From positions 358,484,001 to 358,548,000 of the forward strand of contig OZ024740.1 in NCBI GenBank assembly GCA_964016885.1: a stretch of DNA of 64,000 nt, read 5' to 3'. A program made the translations under genes and the position numbers. The DNA is from Eledone cirrhosa (taxonomy: Eukaryota). Below the pieces are notes generated by a model, which was given only the letters and a program-made list of their open reading frames with translations, did not search any database and was not told where the DNA came from. Below, piece by piece: positions 29,028 through 43,394 of this stretch; positions within the stretch are counted from its first letter, which is position 1; every line of letters starts with the position of its first letter.

Positions 29028-30420
29028 CATATAGAGAGGTAGAGAGAGAGAGTACCACCTTGATTTAATTGATTATATTGACCTTAGTCCTCGTTGGAGC
29101 TGTCCTGATAGAGAACGGGTCGTAGGTGGCTGATAGCAATACGGCAATGAGATATGATGGTTAATTACGATATACTCGGATTTCTGCCAGAGGATAAGTA
29201 GCAACAGACCAACAGTGGTAAACTAATAGGGAAGATGGAGCAATGGGTAACATTATTCGATTCCAAGAAACCTCTCACAACCCAGGGATGTAGATACGAC
29301 GAAGCGTGGGTCTGAGAAAAATACAACATTAGAGACTAACGCGATGGAGACCACCAAAATTTTGTAATATGATCGGAAACAGAAAAGGCATCCATATCGC
29401 ATTGGACATCGCTCAGAACAACAAGGGTTACGTTCAGGCCTTAGGTTGAGGGGCCTGTTTGAAAAATATATTGCAGTATCCATCCAACTTTGTAAGAACG
29501 GGTGATGGGCTTGCGGCCTGTCCGGGGAGGTGTGGGATGGAAGCACAAAGATTATGTAACCCGAGACCCCAGAGGTGATCTAGAAGGGAGCAAGGTTCGA
29601 CAATTTGTAACTGAAAAGTTACAACCTTTTCAGACAAGGATCATGAACTAGTGGAGGCTAGATGCCACCAGCTACATAGAGTCGTGGTTTCCTCAACAAA
29701 GTTCCGCGGATCAGCTACTGTAGATATGGAAGAGGATGGAAATTCAACTATTCAGATGTGAGACCAGAAAAATACTACACAGGCGGGAATGGGGATACTC
29801 ACAAATTTCTCGTTGGAAGGGAGGATTTGACGTTTGAATCTTAGGCTGAAAGAAAGGTCTCTGTGGGTGGTTCAAGTTTATGTGGTAAACAGAGAGCCTG
29901 AATACACACCCTTCTTTGCTGAAGTCACAGAAGCATTAGCTTTAAGACTAAATTATATATCCTAATAAGAGACTTCAATGCATATATTTGCACTGACGTG
30001 GAAAGGATTTATTGGAAGAAACGGCGATCTCTACCTAAATAAGAATGGAGAGACCTTATTAGAGTTCTGTTCTAGAATGGACTCTCTTTTATGGACAACT
30101 TCCAGCACAAAGCTATCCACAAATATACATGGTATAAGGGGAATCGGCGACGAAGATCAGTAACTGATTTTGTTATTGTATCTGAATTCTTCGATTCTGT
30201 ACTGGATGTTCATGTTAAGCGAGTTTCTCAACTGTCAACTGATCGTCATCTAGTTAGCTGCAGCCTGAGTCTACGTAAATCCAAGAGAGTCCATAAAACT
30301 TGCAGGTGTAGCTCGAGATACAAGATAAAGTGGGAAGCTCTGGCAGATAAGGAAGTCAGGAACAGGTTTATGGATATTATTGCATCCGAATTCAGAGAAC
30401 TTCCTGAGCAAACGATGGAT
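29000..30420 (+). mobile_element. RTE-type LINE 5' region and AP endonuclease, decayed
   Basis: ICN*KVTTFSDKDHELV, QAGMGILT, LIRDFNA, WKGFIGRNGD, FQHKAIHKYTWY, SVTDFVIVS, LSTDRHLV. Confidence 0.85.
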
Positions 30421-30575
30421 TTCAGTTTCCGCCTACTAAATCCCTCTCACAAGGCATTGATCAACGAAAGGTTATAATAGAAGGCACTAGCTTAATGTGC
30501 CGGGCAAAATATATTGAACCTAAAACCATATGTTTGCGAAGCGAACTCCTTAACCACATAGTCATGCTTGCGCCT
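30420..30575 (-). mobile_element. tRNA-derived SINE, decayed
   Basis: Reverse complement ataggcgcaagcatgactatgtggttaaggagttcgc...ggttcaat has A/B-box remnants. Similar to 39320-39470. Confidence 0.6.
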
Positions 30576-30611
30576 ATAAATATAACTTTTACCTTTATTG
30601 ACAAAATAGAT

Positions 30612-30792
30612 TGGCAGTATTGGTAGAGGGTCGGGTGCCATGCTTTGACGTATAGAGTTACGGCCCTTGCCATTCTGAGTTCAAATCCCGCCAAGGTTAA
30701 CTTTGCCTTTCATCCTTACGAGGTCGATAAAATCAAGTACCAGTAATGCACTGGGTAATTGCTGGCCTTGTGCCTAACGTAGAAACAATTAT
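30612..30792 (+). mobile_element. SINE, MetaSINE-like core
   Basis: Same family as 9255-9430. Confidence 0.85.
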
Positions 30793-31589
30793 TTTACTTT
30801 CAGAAAATCGAAAATTCATTCTTACAGTTTAAATCTCTTAATGTTTAATGTAATTGATATTGTAAAGAAAATACAACTAACATAAACTTAAAATGAGTAG
30901 ATAAATATAGACTCAATGATTAACTGATTTCTAAAACATTTGAACTTTTAATTAAAGAAATATGCATTATTTTTGCTGAATCCCAATTAACATTTTGGGG
31001 TTGTCACAAAACACCAACACACACATACACACACTCACTCATAACCCCCCCCCCCACACACACACGAGTTCACACGCACACACGCACACATTCACGCATG
31101 CACAGGATAAGTAAACGATTTTTGTTCAATCTCACAGTCAGTGCCTCACCAAATAAACTCTCCACAAAAAAAAAGAAATTTTTTATTTTAATTAACCAAT
31201 TGTCATTACTTGTTTATGTTATACATCACAGACTGAGTAGTGTTTAGATTTAAAGCGGCTATATTTTTCCCAGTGTCTACTTACATCTTCTTCGCATTTT
31301 AAATGTATACAATATAGTTTAATGTGAAAAAAAAAAACATGATATCCTTACTCTCTGGAAATGTAAAATTCTTTGATACATATTTCAATTTATAAAGGAT
31401 GCAAACGTTATTTCAAATGAACACGAAATAAATTAATACACTTCGAATAAGAAAAATATCTTTATATAAAAGGAAAAGAAAAAGAAAAAATATATGTATT
31501 AAGGTTTCAGTTCTGATTGAAAAGCGTAAAGAGTTCTTTTTTGAGATTCCTTAGAAATCCCTCCTTTCGTTTGAGTTGTGGTAAGTACA

Positions 31590-32620
31590 TTGACCTTAGA
31601 TTAAGAGGAGAGCAGGCAGATTTCAGACATGGGAAGTCATGTAATAAACAAATGTCTGCCCTTCAGAATATTATTAAACAGTAATTAGAATACTGCAACC
31701 CACCAATCCCAACTTCTTAGACTTCAAGAAGGTCTTTGATAGTATATAGTCTATGGGAAATACTGAGGATATACTGTATTCCACAAAAGTATATACAGAT
31801 TTCCCAAGCATTATACACGATTGAGGATGCTGTTTCAAGACAGGGTATGGTATTACTTCGAAGTTAGTTCAGGTGTACAACATGGAGATATTTCTTCTCC
31901 ATTTTTATTACTACATTACGAGGAATATTTTGGCAGGGAAAGAATTTAACAGACTTAAATTTTGCAGATGATCTAGCGCTACTTGATGCCAACTGTAAAC
32001 GCATTTAATGACAGATACATTGAGGCAGAACAACGGAAAGGTATCTGAGCATAAATGTTGAGAAAACACAATTTCATATTGGAGACATGGAGGATGATTC
32101 TGATATTTTATTAAATCTGTTGAGATTGTTGAAAACTTTACATTCTTATGGAGTGTATAATCCTATATTAGAGACGTTGAAATAGATGTCAAAACAAGGT
32201 TAGCAAAAGCCATTTCAGTCTTCAAACGACTCCAATAAGTCTGGGCATTGAATATGATCAACCAAAAAATAAAGTTCAGTCTATACACTCTCTACTGTGT
32301 TATATATATGTGAGACCTGAAAATCTACCTCAAAAGTTGCTAATGTTTTGGACACCTTACATATCGTTTCAGAATCGTAAAGGTATAATGGAAAGACAAG
32401 ATAATAAAAGATGAAGTGCTGAGACGTAGTGATTCAAGAAAACTGAATGAAATAGTTGCCGAAAGTCACATCCAGTGTACTGGACACATCTTTTAACACT
32501 CCCATATTCGGCTTATTAAGATTGCCATAAACTAGATGCCACCTGGTGGCAAGAAACCTAGTGATAGATCAATAATCACTTGGCGTGAAGCTTTGAATGG
32601 AGGTTTGTGAAAGAAAAGAC
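31590..32620 (+). mobile_element. RTE-type LINE RT remnant, heavily decayed
   Basis: LRGEQADFRHGKSC, FLDFKKVFDSI, GVQHGDISSPFL, DLNFADDLALL, DVKTRLAKAISVF. Confidence 0.85.
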
Positions 32621-32814
32621 CAACTGACCCCAGGCCCCAAAACTTGTTGTTGAAAATCAGCTAGAGGTAAATATAGCAAGGTAATGGAGAAGGGCTACAA
32701 TGAAGCTGTGATAAACAGAGTAACAAGACTCACTTTTTAGCCTTAATATTATTGAATATCAAAATCTACTTCAGTATTGAGTACTCCTTTCTCTCAGCCG
32801 TCAACCACATACGG

Positions 32815-32849
<35 letters not shown>

Positions 32850-32899
32850 TTATCGAGCCCTCTTTGGATTTTAGTCTTCAAATTTATTATTATTACTAT

Positions 32900-32989
<90 letters not shown>

Positions 32990-34658
32990 CATGAGTAAAG
33001 AACTGTATGATTAACATATGACATGATCGCTGTTAAAAAGTGAATGAGGTAAATATATTCTTATAACCCATTTATTAATTACAGTCATGTGTAAATTATT
33101 CATACAGTTCTTTCTGTCTTTATTTATTTATTCATTTATTTATATATTCATTTATTTATTTATTCATTTTATTTCTGCTTCGATGAAATATGATGAAAAC
33201 AAGCAGGACGTCGCTAATTCTAACTGTCATTTAATATCTTCAGTATCTGATAAGGAGTTCCATAGTGAATATTTTACAGATACATATATTTATTTAATTC
33301 ATGCGATTTTCGATAAAGTCATGTTTTTGACGCTTTTCAATTTGTAAGTAATATTTTTATATATTTGTTGATAAAGCTGCAACAACAACAACAACAATAA
33401 GAACAACAACAATAACGACAACAATAATAATGATAATAATATAATGGTTTTAAGATAGTATATCGAATAATATAACAAACAATGAATATCTAATGATTTC
33501 AATATATTGCTAATTTAATGAAAAAATAGTTAATCAACAAAAAATATTACATTAGAAGAAAAATCGATTACAAAAATTATTCCATTAGAGAACTAGATTT
33601 ACATAAATACTTCTAACAGTTTCCATATACTAATATATATGACAGTGCAGCTTAAAATGGAAAAGGAAATTTAACTGTTTTGAGTAACTGAATCACCGCT
33701 TTTAAACAACACCTTGAATATAAAAGGTTGGTGTCAGGAATCACACGGTTACAAAGTTACTAAAATGCCGTTATTTCTGTTCAATGGGCCCAAATGCCGT
33801 TAATTCTGTTCAATGCCAGCAAGCCCACAACTTCCAATCTCGCCAGGTAGATGAAAAGAGGTTGTAGCCACTATATATAGGGAAAAGAAGTTGAAACTGC
33901 AATTGCAGACTTTAAGGAGGTTTATTTACAATAACTGATAACTTTACTGGTTTCACAAGTTTCATGATTTTCAAACGTTAAGAGATCTGGAGAGATGTGT
34001 GGTTATGCCGTCGTGTTTCTCCAGATATATGATGGCATAGCTCCCCCGCACACACACACAAATACCTACACTCACACACACACATAATATATATATATGA
34101 ATTAGACGTATTTACGTCTACGAGACGGTATTGTAGAAATAGCTATGGGTTATTTGTGCAATCTAAAAAAGAGTTTTTTACTACCAAGTCTTTAGCGTAT
34201 TGTTTAACGCACTTCATGGATACGTTAACCAATGTTCTTAAATAATATTGATAGTAAATAGTAAACGTCTATTATTTAGTGTATATATATATAAAAGGAG
34301 ATTAATATCCCCACAGGTACTAAGTACCCCTGGAAATATATAGGATGTCTATGATAGAGTGGTGTTCCATGGTATTGCTTCTACGAAGGGCTGATTCATG
34401 CATAGGTCAAGTTTACGGCCTCATTCGATCTTGTGCTAGCTGGCAGGTGGCAATATATTTTGCCGTTCTTGGGACTTCTGTCCTAGGAAAGGAAAATGCT
34501 CTCTGATGATCCGAACATTTCCATTGGAGATCCCTAGGATCTCCAATCTTTTGTAAGGTAAAACAGTCGGTAAAAACAAATGGATTAGGTAAATATTTAA
34601 ATTATATTTTTTAATTTATTTTAAGAAATTGTTTGAATTTTACTTGCTCCGCTTATCT

Positions 34659-34699
<41 letters not shown>

Positions 34700-34724
34700 C
34701 ATATATATATATACATATATATAT

Positions 34725-35657
34725 AATCTATGTTTTGACCTGCTCAGGTTGTCAAGAGCACTACATAGGACAGACAAAAAACAGCCTCCGACAACGTATG
34801 ACCGTCCATAAATCATAAATCACAAATCAAAATATAGGAATACAGAAAGATTGCGTTTCGTAAACATATCGCCAATTGTGCACCCAACCCACATCCAAAC
34901 TTTAAAATTTTCCCCATTTACAAATTCATAGACAACGCTACTTTCATCCATCGTACCAATAAGGAAACGTATTTCATTATCAAATTCCAACCTCTACTTA
35001 ATGCACTAAACTTCGGACTAAACTAAAACTGGAACGAACAATCAAACATTTACAAATACCTGTCTCTCTAAAGAGTTACCTCCTTTTTCTTAAATAAATT
35101 AAATACCATCCACAATTTCTCTCCCACCCTGAATTACCTCCCCCTGCATATTAACTCTCTAAAAAAGGGAAATCATATCAAACCCCAGACAACCATTTAC
35201 CTCCATCATAGATCAACTAAGCACTCTTGTTATATTAACACATTTTGATCTACTTATCTTCAAGAACTCTGCCTGTAAATAACATTATTTTTCCTTTCAC
35301 ATTGTCTTATTACGTTCCTTTTTTTTCTTTTTTCTTTTCATTTCATAAACCTTGTTTGTAAATAACATCATTCTTTCTGCACCATTTCTTTAACATGTCC
35401 AACACCACCATTCTACACCAATACACATTATTATCATTTGATAATGCATAAAAATGCTGAAACCGGTAATAGACAATTATGAAATAAATAAATAAATAAA
35501 TGTCATTGTTAATTAATAAATAAATCAACTAATACATTAACACTTCACACAAAGTAAAATATTTCGTTTTAATCATTTTCTAACCCAGAAAAAAGAGAGA
35601 GGAAAATAAAAGGAAAAAAAAATTTTTTCTTCCTAATAATCGTTTTTTTCTCCCTGT

Positions 35658-35662
<5 letters not shown>
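34725..35662 (+). mobile_element. 5'-truncated copy of the Neptune-type PLE (GIY-YIG C-terminus + 3' UTR)
   Basis: Colinear with 25548-26545 (LTCSGCQEHYIGQT). HHR-like TTGATAA..GAAAC-cg-GTA at 35438-35468. (TA)n on both sides. Confidence 0.9.
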
Positions 35663-35704
<42 letters not shown>

Positions 35705-36726
35705 GAAACCCCATGTCATACTATTATGCTATTATGAACACAGGTTTCTGGTTTAGCCGCTTGTCTGAGTTAGCTGGAAATAAATGCATTGTATCATCAT
35801 GATGATGATGAAAGATAACAAAATTATTGAAAATACTATAAACCTCTTAAATGTATGCAATATACAGAAATATATTATTTAGAAAATATAGGAATTCTAA
35901 ATTCAGAAAATAACTGTAATAACAATTAATTGCCATAAAAAATAACTTTGAAAAGCGTGTAAAATACTCCACGGGACGGAAGAAATAGTCCACAGCTGCT
36001 TCGGCGAATCGAATTCTATCACCACCGAATTCCTGCCGAATGTTATTGGCCCAAAGTTCTACACCGACAGCTACACCGAACAGCTTGGATCTAAACAACG
36101 TTTTTATACAAACTATCATATTTTTCCCCAGGGATATTTTACCCGATTTTCTAAGCTATTGCTTATAGCGTTCAACGACTGCTACATTTCTTTACTGTGA
36201 TTGGGTTTCCTTCATTTTCGAAATAAATTCCAATTACCCAGCGGTGTTGTTGACAAATGTCGTTTCTTGTTTATTTCCTTTTGTGTATATGTAATTGAAC
36301 AAGGAACAGTAATTTACAAATTTCTATGTCGACACAAGGAAGCACAATAAATTGAAGAACTGTAGAACTGTTGAGTTGAAGCGATAATAATGGTTTTTAC
36401 TTTAGGCACAATGCCAGAAATGTTGAGGGAGGGGAAAGTCGAAAAAAAAACACTTGAAACACGTGATTGTGATATGATTGACAGTCGTTAAATAATTAAA
36501 CAATTGCACAGCACTTATTAGATAACACTCACTACGAGTTCAATACACAGCAACGACATATGAGTTAGCTGTGGCATAGGTGAAGCTGATAACTTGTCGT
36601 CATAAGATTAATAGTGTTATGGATCTCCACTGCTCCTTACATATAATTCATAAATGTTTGAGCTGATTGAATAGTGACCCTATCAACAGCAGATGGGTCA
36701 TCAACATCAGCATGCTTCACGGAATG

Positions 36727-36780
<54 letters not shown>

Positions 36781-36785
<5 letters not shown>

Positions 36786-37774
36786 ATAAATCATGTCTAC
36801 AGAATTACTAGATAAACAAAATATATACTCCATTTCCTCTGCCAAACAGCATAATCAACCATATAAAAAATCAATTATACTAAGCCATAAGGATAAAAGC
36901 TCCTATGAAGAAATCTCCGACAAATAAACGAGAGTGGCCTCTTCGCGTTGTCCACAGCAGGTTATTTATCCAACATTTCGACAGCATGCATAAATCGACC
37001 AAGTACATAATTAACCATATGCCATTCGGTTTAAAATCAAACATAGAAGAAATGTGTACATACCGTAACTATCTCTACCATGGTTTCATCCGTATTTTTA
37101 GATATCCTATTAATAGGAAATCCATTGAGTTCGGAATCATCAGGAGATAAACTAAAAAATAGACACTTAGTATTCCAAGCCGATCGCGCCAAAATTGGAT
37201 TCAAAAATGGCTAAGAATCACACTATCGCCGTGGTCAAGTTGGAAAGAATGTGATTGGCTGTTGACGGCGTGTAGGCCTGTCGCTCGAAAGCGCAGCCAA
37301 ATATCGCCAAATTTAATCTCAACCTTACGGGAGATTATTAAATATAAAGGTTTACATATACATAAATTTATATATGTTACAACCGGTCACTTTTTAGCTC
37401 TATGAAGAATTAATAAATTAAATACTCAGAGCAATATATTATTATAAATCATGTCTACAGAATTACTAGATAAACAAAATATATACTCCATTTCCTCTGC
37501 CAAACAGCATAATCAACCATAAGCTGTGGACAATGCGAAGGGGCCACTCTCGTTTATTTGTCGGAGATTTCTTCATAGGAGCTTTTATCCTTATGGCTTA
37601 GTATAATTGATTTTTTATATGGTTGATTATGCTGTTTGGCAGAGGAAATGGATTATATATTTTGTTTATCTAGTAATTCTGTAGACATGATTTATAATAA
37701 TATATTGCTCTAAGTATTTAATTTATTAATTCTTCATAGAGCTAAAAAGTGACCGGTTGTAACATATATAAATT

Positions 37775-37780
<6 letters not shown>
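36781..37780 (-). mobile_element. ~658-nt HHR-bearing unit with terminal direct repeat and inverted copy
   Basis: 36781-36862 is repeated at 37439-37520, and 37522-37780 is inverted. Minus HHR 37070-37149: tatctc-CTGATGA-ttccg..cgga-t-GAAAC-catg-GTA-gagata. Confidence 0.8.
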
Positions 37781-37856
<76 letters not shown>

Positions 37857-38114
37857 GCTGCAGACTCTGCTAAGAGTTTTGCAATCGATTCTAACAGATC
37901 CAGAACAAGCAATATCTGTGCTTTGAAGGTTTTTTCAGTGGGGCCTTGCACTCGACCAATCCCACTCTCTAAACATCGAAAATTCTACCCGAAAAGGAGA
38001 ACTTGTCAATATAATCGACTGCTTCCGAAGCCGCAGGTTTTTTTCCCAGAGTTTCCCTCTTTTAGAAAGGTGTTGTGACAACAACTGGGGGCCTTTCACT
38101 CCCAGGTAAAAAAA

Positions 38115-38214
38115 AAACTATTTGAATGGCCGTTGACTTTGCTGAGTTCCTCCGCCCTTTATATATATATAAAAAGGGCGGAGGAACTCAGCAGAGTCAA
38201 CGGCCATTCAAATA

Positions 38215-38219
<5 letters not shown>
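38115..38219. repeat. Palindrome of an RTE 5'-UTR-like segment around a TA spacer
   Basis: 46-bp arms; atggccgttgac..gagttc(c/t)tccgcccttt resembles 51220-51249. Confidence 0.75.
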
Positions 38220-38294
<75 letters not shown>

Positions 38295-38329
38295 AACATA
38301 CATACATGAATACATGCAAGATAGTGATC

Positions 38330-39000
38330 CTTTCAGCACCTTGCACATCCCATTATTTTCGTGAGTAAGACACAGCAAACACTACAGAGACGGACGATTG
38401 CATAATCCAGAAGATGCCAATTTCCAGATCACGGCTACTTCCATTAGGATTTTTGCCTGGTTGGAAGTTGAAGTATTGAGTTGCTACTAATGAATTTGTG
38501 TTCTGCATAAAATATGAAAAGACGGAGCCTACTTAAATGTGTATTCTACATCGTGTGTTTTTATTAGATGATTTTAGACACATGAGCATTAAAGCCAACT
38601 AAAAGTATTAACTGATCTTATGCAAACACTTGATCTAGAACATCATAAATCAATTCTTTTGATTCTACTGAGGGATCTAGATCGATTTAATACGCCCTAA
38701 TGACACTCACGTAGCGCATTTTCTCAGTGGAACAGGGAAGGTTATGAAGCCATGGCTAATACCAATAGGAGAGCTTATTTTTGACAGCTAGACCAACGCC
38801 ATACATACAGCTTTCATTTTGAGAGAGCCCTTTACAGAAGAAAGTGTAGTCATCTTCAGTTTCCACAATAGGCACTTCTTCAGGAAAATGTGTCACTGAT
38901 TGCAAAATGTTCACCTTGTAGCCCTGAAGCTCTTTGGAAAAAGGTGCTGTTCTACGTGGTGGTCGACGTCGTGATCTATAGGAAGATGCCAAGTGTCAGT
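38330..39000 (-). mobile_element. RTE (BovB-like) AP endonuclease remnant
   Basis: RPPRRTAPFSKELQGYKVNI..THFPEE..YTFFCKGL..GVGLAVKNKL. Confidence 0.8.
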
Positions 39001-39319
39001 TTAATTTGAGCCCACCTAACACACTCTTTCCATGATGACAAGATTATCTTTAGGCACCTTACCTCATTTTGTTAGAAAACCATCGTTTCTGTAGCATTCG
39101 TTTAGATCCAGCTTGTCACCAATAGTCTACTCTCAATAATGGTCTTATGCTTTCTCTGCTCTAGGTCAATGACTAATTATTTAACTCGTGCACCAGCTTA
39201 TATTGCAATTGTCCTATATATCCACAGGCTTTTACTCAATTCGCCTCTCAAAGGGCGTGCCAACTACCAGTGAATTTCTGGAACTTGACAAGCATACGTA
39301 CACACACAAACAATAAATT

Positions 39320-39470
39320 TCCACAGTTTCAAACTACAAAATTTCGCTTATAGAGCATTGGTCAGCCTGGGGCTATGACAGAAGAGACTTACACAAGGTA
39401 CTGTGCAGTGGGATCAAATTCAGAACAATGTAATTGCAGGGCGAACAGTTTAACAATGCAGTCACACCTG
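39320..39470 (-). mobile_element. SINE, decayed
   Basis: Similar to 30420-30575 (cagtttc..cattggtcagcc..gctat..agaaga..aaggt..tgcagtgggat). Confidence 0.5.
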
Positions 39471-40302
39471 GGTTGAAATAGTGTTACGCATGCAGTGCTA
39501 CACTTTGAAATATGAAAATATGCAACAAGTGAATAGTTGTACAAGTCAAGAAAATGTTGATGTAAAACTAGGAAACAAGTGAATCAGTGAGAGCATAACG
39601 ATGTACATAGAAATGATTTAATCGAGCCAAATTGATCCAGAATCGTAAGTCAGTTTCCTATATTTTCCATCTCGTATTTTGGACAAACTATAGGATGATA
39701 CTAGCTTTACAGAAGTGTATATCTTTCTGGAGACCATATTCAATAAGTACATACGTTTCTTCCTCTAACATTGATTGCCATCATTTACATAGAATCATAG
39801 AAATGAAATAGGTTCTAGCGTTCATCCATGGTTTTCTTCTGATCTATACAATCAACATATGAAATAAACTATTTCATAATTCCGTCGAGATAAGTGTCGA
39901 TGTCTGTACTACAGAAATATGAAAATGTCCCTATAGTACGTTTCGCTTTAATGTATCTTGTATTATGTCTTTCTTTAATCATAGTGCTTTATTATTCCGC
40001 TGTTTCTACTTCAGACAATTATGATTCAATGCAGCAATGTTACGTGACTCAAACAACAGAATACATCACAGAGAATGATGCCAGCCGTTTCCCTAGTAAT
40101 TAAATTAACGCGAATGTGTACTTATGTTGGCATATGTGTGTTTATATTGTATGCATACATTTATAAACACACTAACTTCTCCCCATATATATATATATAT
40201 ATATATATAGATGCATATATATACACACACATTTGTGAATATATATATACACTGAGTGTGTAAGCATATCTATGTATCTCTCTCTCTCTTTCTAAACACA
40301 CA

Positions 40303-40340
<38 letters not shown>

Positions 40341-40607
40341 TGTGTGTTTATGTATGTATGTATGTATGTAACTATCTATCTATCTATTCATCTACCTACC
40401 TATCTGACTGTGTGCTTTCCTGTCTGTTTCTTGTTTGGCATCTTAGTGACTGGAGTATGTTTTGGCGAGTAAATCAATCGGACAGCTTTTTAGTTTTATT
40501 GGAAAGAAAGGGTAGTTCTGAAATTATTGTGTGTAGTATCAGTTTTATTGTCAGCACTAATATAATATGGGTCAAAACTTTACAGCTGAAGTATGTTGCT
40601 GCTGCTG

Positions 40608-40955
40608 CTTCTTCTTCTTCTTCTTCTTCTTCTTCTTCTTCTTCTTCTTCTTCTTCTTCTTCTTCTTCTTCTTCTTCTTCTTCTTCTTCTTCTTCTTCTT
40701 CTTCTTCTTCTTCTTCTTCTTCTTCTTCTTCTTCTTCTTCTTCTTCTTCTTCTTCTTCTTCTTCTTCTTCTGTTGTCCAGCGATTCTGTTCTGGGATATT
40801 CTAACCACATGCCCATAGTACCTCCCTTCTTCTGATTACTGAATGCTGAAGCTGGTGTATTACTGCTCCAGCTCCTGCAATTCTCGTACTTAATTCAGCC
40901 TTTCACCACTCGTGAACATGGCCCCGAGATGCTTGAACTTCTTTACCTGCTCCAG
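40608..40955 (-). mobile_element. RTE 3' end with internal deletions and long (GAA)n tail
   Basis: (CTT)n at 40608-40770; segments match 15018-15060 and 15295-15420. Confidence 0.85.
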
Positions 40956-41900
40956 TGGAACCCCATGCACGTGTAAAGTGCAGGCTTGCTATGGTCAATC
41001 AAGAGGTCAAAGATGCCATCCGAGAAAAGAGGGTGGCGTACAAAGCTTGGTTTGAAAATAAGTCGTATAAGCAGGCACGAAGAATCGCAGCAGAAACAGT
41101 AAAGGCGTCCAAATGTAAGACATGGGAGGACTTTGGGGTTAAACTGAAAATCGACTTCAGATCAGCAATAAAGTGTTTTGGCAGACCATCCACCGACTTC
41201 GTAATAAGAAGTCCTTCTCCACACCTGCTATTATGAACGAGTCTGAGTTTCTCCTCTCGTCAGAGAGGTGCATCCTCGCGAGGTGGAGAGAATATTTTTC
41301 ATCATCTCCTAAACCCGATCATAACAACATTTTCGGATGTACACGAGGTGCATCTGGGGGCGATGAATAATCTGTCAGAGGCTGAGATCACGAGAGCAGT
41401 TAATGAGCTCAAACATGGCAAGGCCACTTGGGAGGATGAAATCTGGCCCGAGTTGTTAAGAGCCTTAAATATAGAAGGCATTCGCTGACTGACTCAAGTC
41501 TGCCGGGTGACCTGGATCTCTGGAAAGGCACCTAAGCAATGGAAATCAGCAGTGATCTTCCCAAATTTTAAAAAAGGAGACAAAAGAGATTGTTCCAGTT
41601 ACAGAGGGATCTCCTTGTTAACTCTTTCAGGTAACGTCTACGCTAAGTATCTGGCAAAGAGATGTAGGGAGATTGTCGAGTCCAAGCTAGCTGATGAAGA
41701 GTGTGGATTTCGTCCCGGGCACAGCATTCACTGCGGCAGGTCTTCCAGAAATCGTGGGAGTATTGCCAAGAGTTATATGCTTGTTTTGCCGACCTTGAAA
41801 AGGCATATGACCACGTTTCTCGAGACCTGCTGTGGAATGTTTTGCAGGAGTATGGGATTGATTGTGAGCTTCTTGCTGCCCTGGTGTTTCTATACGAATG
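40956..41900 (+). mobile_element. RTE linker/RT fragment in opposite orientation
   Basis: FWQTIHRLR, ILARWREYF, FKKGDKRDCSSYRGISLL, EECGFRPG, CFADLEKAYDHV. Confidence 0.9.
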
Positions 41901-43394
41901 CTGATGTATGCTCTCGTTCTAAATTTTATTTTTTTGGTATGCTGTATTAGCTGTATTCATGTCTGATCACAATCGTCAAATCTAATAAAATGTATCCATT
42001 TTAACCAACTTACAGAATTTGATGTTGCTGCTATTGTTGTTGTTCTTGTTTAGTCTTAGATCCTCTTTAACCATCTTCTTTTTTTTGGTATTGCATAACT
42101 AGATCTAAATTATGCAGCGCGTCTTGCTTTTCTTGTAATGACAGGGAGTTATTTGTGAAGGATTTCTCTGCTATTTCTAATAAGTAGAACGTCGAAGCCA
42201 CGGTCTCACTGGCTGCTCCTTATAGAATCTTTTCTTTGTTTTGTTTATCCCCATGTGAACCCTAATCGAGCAAACCTATGCTTAAAAAGAATTCTGAGCA
42301 ATTCCAACCGGTCTTTTCACGTGTATGCTAAATTAATTTATCTGTGTCCTGGTGTCCTGTCCTTATAGAACACTTTGTAACAGATTGATTGACCAAGAAT
42401 AGGTTTCATAGTTGTGTCTTATAGTTTAGTGGTCCGAACCATTTTCACTTAAATTGCTTGGCAACTGGCATAGTGATCGAGACGAAATATATCCATTTAT
42501 CTTTGAACTATTTGGATGAAAACGTGCAAATAGCGTCTACTACTGCTCTAGTTGATGAATTACGGAATCTTACTCATATAATGTATTCACGTATGCAACT
42601 ACATTAGATTATTATCTACACGTAGGGAACTGTGCAGTCTTAGATCGCGCACACACACACCAAAATAATATCTGACGATTAAGTTGCACTACTCTTGATA
42701 ATAAATATGTACAGACACATACGTACTCCTATCTGTGACCTTAAAGATGAAACTGTCAGATAATCCTGTCAGGTAATCACTTCAAACTAAAGAAACACTC
42801 CAAAGTTATATATTATAACCACTGTTTACTGTTGGCTATTTAATTATTGGTCAACTGGGCTAGCAAACATTCTGACATATTGGAAAAATAGCGTTAAAAT
42901 ATATCTATGAAGTATTGATTCATTGAAAGAATGTTGGATACGTGGTAATATCAACGTCAAAACACAGGAATTGATATAAAAGAGAAATTAATGTGATAGA
43001 CTTTCCTGATAAAAGATTTACGAGAAAATCTACTAGGTTGAGAATGGAAGTTAAATATTTTAGTTGGTAAAAAAAAAAATCTTTCACTAAGTAAATGATA
43101 GGAAACCAGTTGAATGCATGTGTACATTATTATGTTTAATAACACTTCTACTTATATATTTATGAGTATGTGATGTGTGTGATTTTAGCAATAACGCATA
43201 TAATACATAGCTGGCAATTAGTTTCCAGTATCATACATATATTCTCTTTATCACGAGGAATAAATTGATAACACCATTGATGTCTGCCAAACAGATTATA
43301 TTTAAGTAAATTATTGTCTTATATCGTGAGAAATGCTTCAGTTATAGTTATATATGACTATCAACATTTTTTATACCCTTACAATGTTCTGCAT

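Noticed and set aside
34503-34575. Hammerhead at ctgatga..taaaac
   Set aside because: G12 is missing and stem I is poor, so decayed at best. The same applies to 16605-16673 and 10085-10118 (minus).
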